A stretch of 64,000 bases of DNA from Thelocarpon superellum (Eukaryota), in the NCBI GenBank assembly GCA_026025795.1, contig JAPEUG010000031.1, positions 1 to 64,000 on the forward strand. The letters are read 5' to 3'. Below the pieces are notes generated by a model that was not told the DNA's origin, did no database searches, and saw only the letters and a program-made list of their open reading frames with translations. The translations under genes and the position numbers were made by a program. Shown in pieces: positions 1-11,141 of the stretch (position 1 is the stretch's first letter; each line of letters opens with the position of its first letter).

Positions 1-3000
1 CGCTGTCGTACGCACCGCTGGGGTTGCGCGAATGCGACCGCGGCGTGCGCGTGCCTGGTGTCATGTTGCCGGGCGTCGCGTTGCCGGGCGTCATCATGCC
101 CGGCGTCATCATCCCGGGCGTCATCATGCCCGGCGTCATCATCCCGGGCGTCATCATGCCTGGCGTGTTCATCCCCGACGGCGTCGAGTAGCCCGACCGA
201 CCAAAGCCCGCGCGGTTGCCCGAGCGCCGATTGGCCTTCTTAGCCTCCTTCTGGTTGATCTTGATGGCCGACGTCTGCAGGATCTCGAGGTCCTCGACCC
301 ACTGCGCCACGGGGAAACGTTGCTTGGCCGACCGCGCGCGCATCATGGCGCGCGTCTCGGGCTTGGAGGCCAGCGCCTCCTTCAGCGCCATCTTGAACTG
401 GTGGATGAGATGCGACGTCGTCGTCGACTCGACCGTGTACCACCACCCGGGCATCTGGCCCAGCCCACCGACGCGCGCCCCGATTCCGAGCGCCCCCTTG
501 CGTCCAAACTCGACGGCGACCAGGCCAAAGGGCTCGTCGCGCGACGGGATCAGCGCGAACTCTGCCCCGCTGAAGATGAAGGGCGGGAGCGCGGTGAACT
601 CGGGCTTGCTGTACACGCGTCCCGGGTACTTGCGCATCATCACGTCCAGCTTCGTCGCCGCGAAGCGTCCGTGCAGATCGATGACGGGCCCGACGCACAT
701 GAGCTGCACCTGCGGGTACTCCTCGAGGATGGCCGGGAAGCAGTCGGCGATGAGATCCACGCCCTTCTGCACCGACCAGCGACCCACAAACACGAGCAGA
801 TCGGCGTGCGGGTTCTGATCCAGGCCCGCCCACTCCTGCGCCTGTCGCTTGAGCTCCGCCCGGCCGGATTCGTAGCCGGGGTCGACCTTGATATCCTCGT
901 CCTTGGGCAGCTCCTTGTTCCAGTCGCCCGTGTCGGTGGGATCGGGATTGGGCAGCTGCCCGACCTTGCTGAGGCCCCAGAAGATGGGATAGCGCGCGTA
1001 CGAGCGCTTGCCGTACTTCTTCGACACGCCGACGGCGCCGAAGCCCTTCTGGTGCACGCGCAGGTAGCTGGCGCCGGCGTGCAGCAGGTTGAAGACGTCG
1101 CCAAACTGCACGTACTTCTGCACCACGGCCGGGTCGAGATTGTACACCCGACATACCTCGTCCCGCTCCTGCGGCGTCCGCATGGGCCAGAGCCCCTGGA
1201 ACTCGGCGTTGTGCAGCGACAGGCAGCAGGGGATGGTCTGCGGTAGCAGGTACACGGGCGCGACGGCGCCGTGGTAGTCGTTGATGTGGTAGAGGTCGAT
1301 GGGGAAGCGGAGGATGGACTGGGCGATGCACTGGTTCCACGCCGAGTAGAAGATGGCGCTGTCAAGGTCGTCCATGCGCGGCGGATAGGGCTCCGACTTG
1401 GTCTGTTGCCGGAACACCGGCGCGTCCAGCAGGACGTAGGTGATGTTGCGCAAGACGTGATACTGCACCTTGACCTCGTAGGGCATGCCCAGCACCGTCA
1501 CCGACATGGGCTCCACCACCTGGTCCACGGGGTACTCCACCCCGCCCACGCACGGCACCACCCAGATGAGGTCCTGGTGGCCCAGGTTCTTGCCCATCAG
1601 CTGCGCCATCACGCCCAGCCCGCCGATCTTGATCTTGATCGCCCAGTCCTCGATGTCGTACTCCAGCGTGGCGATGAGCACCGACCGCCGCCCCGCCGCG
1701 CCCGCCGCCGCGCCCAGGGCGTCGACGCTGGTCGAGGCCGGCCGACTGCGCCACGACGACATCATGCCCGTGTGCGGCGGCGTCTCGAGGTCCCCCTCGC
1801 CGGCCGCGGGCCGACGGAAGGCCCGACGGAGAGCCAGCGGGATGAGAGCCTTCTTGTTGGAGATGCCGATCTCGTTGAACTTGACGGCGTAGAAGGACTT
1901 CATAAAGGCCCAGATGGCCAGCGCGCCCGTCAGCACGGGGACGAAGGCGAGCAGGAAGAAGAGGATCATCTGCTGCCAGCGCGAGCCGATGGGGAGCAGG
2001 TCGAAGCGATAGTTGCCGTCGTTGAGCACAATCTGCCAGGCCAGGTAGGGCGACGGCGGCACCGCCGTGATGTTGATCACCGTCGTCGTGAGACTGTTGG
2101 GTGGCAGTCGGTCCAGCACGGAGTCGCCGTCGATGTCGCCGTACACGAACGTCTGGTCGGGCTGGCCGTCGGGGTTCATGCCCCACACGTTCAGCTGGAA
2201 GTCGGCCAGCGGCCACTCAGCCATGAAGGGGAACTTCCACATCCCGTCCGTGTCGTCGAGCGTCAGCGAGTTGGGCAAGCCGGCGTCGAAGCCGAACTGG
2301 TTGAAGGGCCCGTGCATGAAGATGTGCGGGAAGCGTCGCGGCGGCAGCGTATCGCGGTTCGTGTCGGCGTGCTGGATGTGGTCGCTCGAGCCGGCCAGGC
2401 GGCTCCAGTACTGCAGGATGATGTGGTCGTCCGACCAGGCCTGTCGGGCTGTGCCCGACCAGGCCTGCGGGGCGAGGGTCTGGTTGCCGCCATGGTAGTC
2501 CAGCCAGTCGCTGTAGCTGCTGCCCCAGTTCGTGCTGTACCGGAACTTGTCCGCGCCGGCCGCCTTGTGCCTCACCAAGAGGGCGCCGGTGTCGGCGTCC
2601 TTGGTCAGGAGGGCGCGGGTGTAGTTGGCCTGGCGGGGGAAGACCATGGGATTGTCCGGCTGGCCGGTGCGAAACAGGAGGTGGTCCACGGCGTTGGTGG
2701 AGTTGCCCTGGCCCTGCGCCGTGGCGTTCTTCACGGTGATGGAATGGATACCGTTGGCCACGTTGATCAGGTTGGCCTTCCACGTCCACTGCGTCGGCAG
2801 GCCGCCGATGAAGTCGGCCGGGTCGACGTTCTGCACCGTCAGGCATGACACGCTGCCTTTGTCCAGCTGGGCCGTGCTGCCGTCCTCCGTGGTCGAGTTG
2901 AGCTCCAGCGTGTCGGTGACAGAGTCGCAGTCCATGGGCGTGGAGAAGTGGAGCTCAATGGGCACCGTCTCCTGCTTGCCGGGCGCGACCGTCGAGGCCA

Positions 3001-5415
3001 CGCGAGCGTCGTGACCCGGCACGAACTTGGTCATCATGGGACCGGGGCCGACCCAGGCGGACTTGGGCACCAGCGCCTTGTAGCCATAGCCCTCCAATTC
3101 GAGCTGGGACAGGCAGCCATTGGGCTTGGTGGAGCCCTCGAAGCCCAGGGTCACCGGCCCTTGCTCAAGCGTGTACTCCTCGAAGGGGGAGAAGAGGTTC
3201 TTGACCGTCGTTCCCTTGTCAAAGGGCGCGATCAGGGTCGAGTCGTTGCTGGAGCAGTCGAAGTGGTAGGTGACGGTCTTGTTGTCGTTCTGGTACACCA
3301 ACCACACCGACTGGTTGCCCTGGCCCGAACCGCTCAAGTCTTGCACGCCGGCGAAGCGGCCGCGCATCGTGCTCCACATGCCCGTCTCGGTGGGCACGCC
3401 GGCCGAGCCGGGCAGGAAGATCTGCCGCGTCTGATTGGAGAGCTGCTGTAGGAAGAAGCCATCGTTGAGGACGGGGTAGTTCTGCCGCATCTGGTACATG
3501 GCCTTGATGATGTTCCGCACCGGGCTGGTCGGGTCGCGGTGGTCCAACGCGTTCCACTGGTCGTTGCAGCCGTCGGCGCCGCTGTCGAGGGGGAACTGGT
3601 AGTACTGTGCGGACCCGAGGTTGTAGCAGCCGTGCGCCTCCCACGCCAGGGAGGCCGACATGGCCTGCCGACCGTAGATGTAATTGGACGCGGTGTTGTC
3701 GAGCACGTAGAAGGCCTGCTCCTCGCCCCACAGCAGCATCGGGATGCCGGGCATGTGCAGGGTGGTGATGAACTGACCCAGCAGCATGCGCTCGGTGCCG
3801 TTGGTGATGGTCGGCCAGCGGAACAGATCCTGATTCGTCGTGCCGTACAGATGGCGCGGATCGAAGACGCCGGTGTTGGGGTTGACAAAATCGTTGGTCA
3901 GGAGCATCGTGTTCCACGCATCCACCCAGTTCAGGGGCGCGTCGTAGCCCGAGGCCAGGTTGCCGTCCATGCCCAGGAAACGGGTCAGCGAGCGGTAGAT
4001 GGTGTAGTGGAAACACGCCGCGTCCAGGGCGTTCTGGCCGGGGTCGCGGATGGAGAAGTTGCCGACCGTGTCGTTGTCCATGGTCACGCCGTCGGTCAGC
4101 GTGGCGACGGACTGGTTCGCCTGCCGGCCCCGGCCGAGGTAGATGGAGCCAAAAGTGTTGCCGCCCGTGATCTCGCCAGGGATGAAGAAGTTCTCCTTGC
4201 CCAGGCGCAGGGCACACTGGCGGACTGTGTGCGACCAGTCGCCGAGCGCGTCCGGGGTGATCTGCGTTGCCTTGTCCAGGCGGAAGCCGTCGACGTCGAG
4301 CATGGCCATGGTGACGCAGGCAAAGTGCTCGATCTTGGACCGCACCGGCGGGTGCCACTCGCGCAGACGGTCCTGCACGGAGGCGAACTTGGACAGCTGT
4401 CGCTGCCAGTCGGGGAAGACGCCAAAGGCCTCGGTGTCGCCGTACTGATCAAAGTCGGAGTTGTAGCAGCCCTTCATCTGGGCGGTGACGTCGGGGTCCA
4501 CGGGAAGGCCCGTCTCATTCCAGAATCGGGGATAGCTGCAGGTGTCGTTGTAGTCATTGCCAATGTCAAAGTCGAGATAGCGTCGGTCCGACTTCCACTG
4601 CACTTGGTGCTCCTGCAGGGTGAAGGGAGTGGTGGTGTTGAGGAAGCCGTCGAAGCCCACGAGATCGCCCAACGTGGCCATGGTGTTATCCATGAGCACG
4701 TACATGCCGCGACGATGGATCTCGTCGATGACGGCGCGCCAGTCGGCAATGGTGCCATAATGCATGTCCAGCAGGGTCAAGTCGAGCGGGCTGTAGCCAT
4801 CGGAGCCCCAGGGCAGATTGATGTAGGGAGTCCCTGCGATATAGACGCACTACATCGACGCCATCAGTCCGGCATTGGGGTGGGGGGGGGGAAGGAGGGT
4901 TAGGAGGGGCACGGCGGTCACGCACCCGGATGCCCATGCCCTGGAGGTAGTCCAGGGTGGCGAGGACGCCTTGAAGATCGCCGCCATGGCGCAGCTGCGT
5001 GCCCATGACCTCTTGCTCGAACACGGTATCCTACGGCGATCAGCAGGGTCGGGACTGGGGAGCCGGCGTGCGGGTGCCGGCTCGGGTGGAGGGGAGGCGA
5101 CCGGGAGGAAGGCCGACGACGAGGTTCACGACTTACGTTGGCATTGTCGTTGGTGGGATCGCCATTGACAAACTTATCCAAGAAGAGGGTGTAGAAGGGG
5201 AAGCGCCAATTGCCGGGAGAAGGAGTAAAGGTATGATTAGGCCACGTCCCCCAATAATCGAGGGGATCCACGGCGGATTGATTCTGATTAAGATTATAAT
5301 TCACAAAGTCGGAGTCGTACCGGAGCGCGGCGCCGGGGATGCTGTGCAGCAGCGACACGAGCGGCAGCAGCAGCAGCCAGGGCTGCCGCCACCGCGGTGC
5401 TGCGTGTGGAATCAT
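1..5415 (-). CDS. ags1: Cell-wall alpha-1,3-glucan synthase (Ags/Mok family), 3' end beyond the window edge. Exons 5415-5137, 5030-4926, 4849-<1
   Basis: Signal peptide, then GH13 amylase-like N-terminus (WRFPFYTLFLDKFVNGDPTND; RHGGDLQG..LDYLQGMG; GYSPLDLTLLD). A TM segment precedes the glycogen-synthase-like motif KIKIGGLGVMAQLMGKNL. GT..AG introns at 5136-5031 and 4925-4850. Exon 3 appears to stay in one frame to position 1, so it has no stop and is absent from the ORF track. Confidence 0.96.
41..175 (-). repeat. Coding 15-bp tandem repeat in ags: 9 x G-x-x-T-P (GMNTP, 5x GMMTP, GNATP, GNMTP, GTRTP)
   Basis: Read directly. Core units alternate GGCATGATGACGCCC / GGGATGATGACGCCG and are in frame with ags exon 3. 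Confidence 0.95.
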
Positions 5416-7596
5416 GATGGATCACGATGGTCGGGGACAATGCATGTCTTGTCACGGGTCAAACAACGAGGGAGGCCGGACGGGGGCAGAGGTGGCCGGA
5501 GTGGAGAGCCCAAATGTGGAGTTCGGGAAGAGCCTCTCCGCCAGAACGTGGTGGCTTGAACGAATGATGGGGAAGGAAAAGATGGGGTAGAGAGACGGAG
5601 AGGGAGGGATGGAGGGAGGAAGATACAAGTGACGGCGTGAGCCCGACATACTCTATTCACTGCAGACTTGATCGAGAACACTCAGCCTGGTCCGCTTCCT
5701 CCGCCTCCTGCGCGTCGTCCGCCGCGTGCTCGGCCTCCTTCGCGGTCCCCCCTGGCCCCCGATGGCCCGCCAGCTCGCGCCAGAATTAGCCATAGCGCGT
5801 CGAGGGAAGGCGCCCCGGGGCTGGCCGGAGTCAAGTCAGACCCGCCAAGGGCCAGCACGACGTTGCCCCGAACGCCGTGGCTGGCTGATGCGCCGTCCGA
5901 GCGCTGACCACGCCATCGCCCCCGGTCGCCAGCTGGCCCAAGAGGGCAAGCTTGCGTTCGTGGGCGGATGCGGGATGGGCCCAAGCTGGGTACCGCTGGA
6001 CCACGCCGGCGGTCCTCCGTACGGTACGAGCACGAGTAGCCTCGGACCGGGGGGGAGGGGGGGAGAGAGATGGAATGGAATGGGATAGGTGGGGGGAGGT
6101 TAGGTCGGCGGCGCAAATGCGAGATCCCAGCAGGATCAAAAAAAGACTTGGCTGCAGGTGTGATGAACGAGTGATAGCAAAGATAGACGGAAGCGATGGT
6201 GGTGGGAGTAGTGGGTGCGCGCCAAGCTACCGTGGCCTGCAGGGTGGTGCATGCCTGCTCCGGCGACCCTATCCTCGTACTCCGTACCTCGTACCATCGT
6301 CTCGCCAGACGAGGTGGGCCACGGTCACTGGTTGCCGGGTTGGCCGGCAGCCCTAGGGAGGGACAGGTCAAAGCTTGCCCTGTGGACCACGATACCAGCC
6401 GGGCCTCGTCGCGCACGAGCGTCCGCGCCAGCTGGCGGAGCGAGCGCGCCCAGCCCGGGGCGCGGTACGCATGACAAAACGATTACGGCGCACCTCCCTC
6501 TCTGGATCATCAGCCCTCGGCCCAGCGCTCCGCCGGAACCATGACGGTAGCCGTGGCCGGCGGTCACCGTGACATCAGCATGATGGTGTCCTCGGCACTC
6601 TGCACCGGGCGCCGCGCATCGTGACGATCTGGTGCTTACAGGTCATACGACGGGCGGCCGGCGGCGGGCGGCGGGCGGCGGGCGGCGGTTGGCGGGAGCG
6701 AGTGCCGGCGAGGTGCGGCCACCATGGTCCGTTCGCCGGGACATGGCTCCCCCAGGGAATCGGAGGGAGCTGGATGTCTCAGGCGTAACGGGCATGCCGT
6801 GGTGCGTGCGGGCGTGGTGGTACCAGTACCGTCCGGCGTCGTGCACGAGGAGATGAGGGTCCACCGGGGGAGCCGGAGGAGGGCCAATCACGGCCGAGTC
6901 AGGTCGGCGGATGGCGTCAAGCTTTCCACAGCGAGGGTGTCGGGGGGTCCTGGTTGGGGCCGTCGGGATGGCTGCCTGCTTCTCGGTCTGGTCACAACAT
7001 GATGGCGTGCGTGCGAGCCAGGTGTGCCCCTCTGTCGCTCAATGGCCAGCCGAAGCCGGTGGTGGAGCAGGATCATCGCCTGCGCCTATCAGCCCTCAGT
7101 GGCGGCTGCACTTGGCTTCGGACGATGGCGATTGGGCCCCACCAGCCCCATGTGCATGGACCGCGCTTGGTCCGCGGTAGGAATCTTGGTACCGGTGCCA
7201 TCCATCCACCTTTCGTCCGTGGATGAGGTGATGGATATCGCGCTGGGACAAAAGGGTTAGCTTTCCCGGCCTCCGGCCGACCTCCGGGAAAAATTGAGCG
7301 ACCTGTAATATAACCGAGTACCTGCTGGTTACCTATGGGCGCCTGGGACGCACGCTAGGAGAGGGGTACCTTGCAAGTCGTCACGCACCGGGACAGGGCT
7401 AAGTGGGCTATCACCCTTCCGACAAAGAGTTTCGCGAATCGCCAGGGTCTTGCGCTGCGGCGCAGCTGAAGATGGTAAGGGTCAAGAATTTTCCGTCGCC
7501 GACGCTTCAGGCCGATAGTCCACGGCCAGACTTGGCCGGCATCGGTTCGGTGGAAGGGCAGCTTCGTGGGACCAACCTTGCTCTCGTCTCGCGCCC

Positions 7597-7646
7597 GCCC
7601 GTCGCCCGTCGCCTGTCGCCCGTCGCACGTTGCCCGTTGCCCGTCG
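7597..7646. repeat. Degenerate heptamer minisatellite (GCCCGTC)n
   Basis: About 7 imperfect units read directly. Other heptamer tracts at 6660-6687, ~30988-31022 and ~39175-39223. Confidence 0.8.
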
Positions 7647-10298
7647 TCCGCGCTGCCTCGAGAGCCACCCATGGGTCGCATGTGTCGCAGGCGACGTCTT
7701 TGAACTCGTTCCAAAGTAGCCGGGCACGTCCGGCGGCTTCGTCCGGTCTACGATTACGCTATCTGGCGTGCAAAGCCGCGTGGTCGCGGGTACATGCTTC
7801 GTATTCCTACGATCCGACGGGATGGTGCGAGCCCTTCGTCCTGCCTCATCGCCGTGGAGGGGATGGCAGAGCCTGTTCCTCGTACTTTAAGAGTTCTCGT
7901 ATAGCACGGTAGACTCAGATGGGAACCATTAGTCTCCCCTGCTCCCTTGAGTGGACCTCCGTCACGATGCAGGCAAGCACCTAGGACCCGACCAGTAACC
8001 TATCGTAGGCAGGCAAGCCGCATGTCAAGCGCGCGAGCTTTCGGTCGTAAGCTCGGCACCTATCATTAGGGCCGTGGGAGGGAGGTTAGGTAGACGTCGC
8101 CGACCGGGATTAACACGAGGGCCAGTACGAGTAACGTATTTGCAGGGTCCGTGGGGGTCCAGTACTCGACACAGCCCTGTCGGAGAGCCTCAGTACACGT
8201 AGCGAAAGGAGAAAGATAAGGATCTTGCTTCACAAGCCTGCACCGCCCGAACCACCCGAGGCCGAGTCAGAAACGCTCCACGCCCTCCCATAGGTCGACG
8301 TCTCCCACGAGTACGGGTACTACTCGTAAGTGCAATACTTCGAACGTACGGAGTACACTGTCCGACTATAGAAAGCAGGGGACCTTCCTCGTCCAGAACT
8401 ATGAAGGGGCACGACCGTAACCGCGATCGCGGCCCCTGACGGTGGCTCCCACCACGATATCCTGTCCTGCGCCTTGCGACGCAGTGCGCCGTGCAGCATA
8501 AGTCGCAGCACCCATAATGCCGTACCTGGAGAGGTAGTGGTCCCTGCACGCCGCGGGGATGCACGATGCCTGGCTGCCGAGGTGTAATTCCGGCACGTTC
8601 GTGCAAAGCTAGGCGATATCGCAATCGCCCTCGTTCCTGCCGACCGGTGTCGCGGCGGTCGGTGTGTCACGGCCTGGCGACGGCACGTTTGCGCATTCAG
8701 GGCGATGGAAACGTGCTCGCAACCGCGTGGTGGGTCGGCCTCCGCGAGGTTGGGTGTTGGGCCCTGAGGTGATGGCAAGTGCTGTGCGACGAGGCTAACC
8801 CGAGTACGGAAAACTCGTGCCTAGCTGGGCAAGTTATGAATCCCGAATCCCAGCCACACACGACCAAGCAGCGCCTCGCCATGTCCGCCGCATGCTCCCG
8901 ACGCGGGCCAGCCAGCGCGAAGAAGTCAGATCTGGCGTGGCATACCCTTGCACGCCATCTTCGCTGACCTCCTGTGCGATGCAGGTACGGTACAAGTACT
9001 GGGCTCGCTCGTTGGCGTTATTGGAAATCCTTTGGAGGGCCGCCCACTGAGTCGGGACCGCTGGACCTGTTAGCGGCAGCCTCGCACCTCCGCCGGTGCT
9101 GGCCCATGCTAGGTAGCGAGCGAGTGGCCCGGTCAAGCTCCCGTCAAGCGAGGGCGCGATGGCCCACTACTGGGTGGTGCCTGGCTGGCGAGCCGGCTAC
9201 AGGTCGCTAGGTACCTGGCAGCACGAGGGGCCGGTCGTCTAGTGCATCTAAAGGGAGGTCTGCATCGACCGAATCTGACGGAAAATAAGAGTCCCACGTC
9301 CTTCCCACGTCCTACCCACGTCCCTCTCGGTCGCCCGCCCTCCCGCTACCGCCACTGGTGCTGCTCGTGGACCACACGATACTTTTCCTCACACCACGCC
9401 AGCCCTGTCATCTTACTTTGTGTTTTAAGAGCATGGGTGGATCTCAACAGATGATTCGATCTTTCTGCTTCCACGGCGGGAACGACGGTCCCCTGGCTGG
9501 TTCCTGGCGCCAAGATAGCCGGATGCTGAACCATGCCAGGGCAAAAGACCAGGGTCCACCCTCGTCGCCACCGCGCCAGACCTATCTGGCATGGGACGCG
9601 GACGAGTAGAGCGGTACGTGAGCAGAGCTGGCGAGGATCGGCATGCTGTGTCATCTTCGCTGTGGCGTTGGCGTGAGAGTGTGGCGCTGTTGCGGCCCAC
9701 CAAAGTAAGGGCACGTGAGGACATATCCTGTTCGCGCGATGATCATGGCGCGTGCTGGGAGCACCACTGGTACACCGACGAGATGATAAGTTGGACTAGG
9801 CCCCTTGGTGGATGTGATGGCAGGTGGCTTTGATCCTTCGGGCTCCGTCCACGTCTTCCCTCTCTCTCGATCACCGTAGCCGGATCATACCGACAGCCTC
9901 GATGACAAGTTTAGTCATCACGAGCTCATCTGATAAATCTCGTGTCGAGTTCGATCTGGTCTTCCTGGAGGCATGGCGCGCCCATGTCAAGACGGCGAGC
10001 TACCTAGATCCACTCGCGTCCGTCGAAAAATCGTCTAGTAGACGTGTGTCAGAGAAGCTGCGTGGCGAGGAAAAGTCTTCCAGTTGTGCGAAGTAACTGT
10101 AGCTGTCCACTTGGGCGATTTGGTGCATATGATTGATCCCTTCTCCGCTTGTGCCCTGTCGAAGAGCTCACTGCACTTCCGCTCACCAGCCCCACCAGCT
10201 TCCAACTCCATCACATCGCGCAGTTGAGTCAACCGAGAAGCTTCATCTCCAGCTCCCGGACCAGCTCCAGCTCCGTTTCCATTCCATCGCCCGCATCA

Positions 10299-11085
10299 AT
10301 GCCTATCAAGAGCAAGAAACGCGTGAGCGAAGCGGACGAGCTCTCGGCACAGGATGACGTGACGATCAACACGGCGAAGAAGCGCAAGACGTCCACCACG
10401 ACCAAGAAGGGGGAGAGTGGGGCGAACAAGAAGAACGTCCCGGGCGGGGGAGCGCTTGATGATGATGGGGCACCATTCTGGGAGGTGAGTAACGTATCTT
10501 CTCCAGCTGCTTCTCGTTGATGAGGACTGAGCTGAGGCTGACGCATGCTGCTCCCAGATCTCTAATCAGCGGCGCGTGACCATCTCGGAGTACAAGGGGA
10601 ACGTGATGGTGAATATCCGCGAGTGAGTCGATGCTCCGTCTCCGCTGCCCTCTCTTCCTAGGTCACACAATACGATGTAGCGGTCCGCGAAGAAGCTCAC
10701 AGCGACATCATTCAGATATTACACCAAAGACAACAAATCTCTACCGGGCAAGAAGGGCATCTCGATGCCCGTTGCGCAATATACAGCCTTGGTGTCCCTC
10801 ATGCCCCACATCGAGACTGTTTTGAAGGAGAAGGGCGTGGAGGAGCTAGTTCGGCCTGTGTTTGGGGATGACACGCCCGCTTCCAAGGTTGAGCACGAAG
10901 ATGAGGGGGAGCATGAAGAGGAGGAAGACGACGAAGAGGAGGACAGCGGAGAAGATGCGGAAGGAGGAAGGAAGGTGAAAGAGGAGGTGGAGGCAAAGAA
11001 GGAAAAGGAAGGGAAGGAGGGGAAGGAAAAGAAAAGCCAACGACGAAACTTTGAAGCGACCAGCGACGAAGACGAAGACGAGTAA
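10299..11085 (+). CDS. SUB1: Transcriptional coactivator PC4/Sub1 (ssDNA-binding) with acidic C-terminal tail. Exons 10299-10484, 10558-10622, 10716-11085
   Basis: Spliced product contains FWE-ISNQRRVTISEYKGNVMVNIREYYTKDNKSLPGKKGISM, the PC4 domain signature. Both introns are GTGAGT..CAG. Confidence 0.92.
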
Positions 11086-11141
11086 TATTTATATGTGCAG
11101 TCTAGGGTACATTCATCATCCAACGCTGCCCTCCATCTCCA

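Noticed and set aside
32..4903. Long plus-strand ORFs (404, 525 and 454 aa)
   Set aside because: Antisense shadows of the high-GC3 ags CDS; no independent protein features.
7430..7437. StuA response element-like (A/T)CGCG(T/A)N(A/C) upstream of ags, suggesting a stuA-ags regulon
   Set aside because: CGCG cores are abundant in this GC-rich DNA, so a single match is uninformative.
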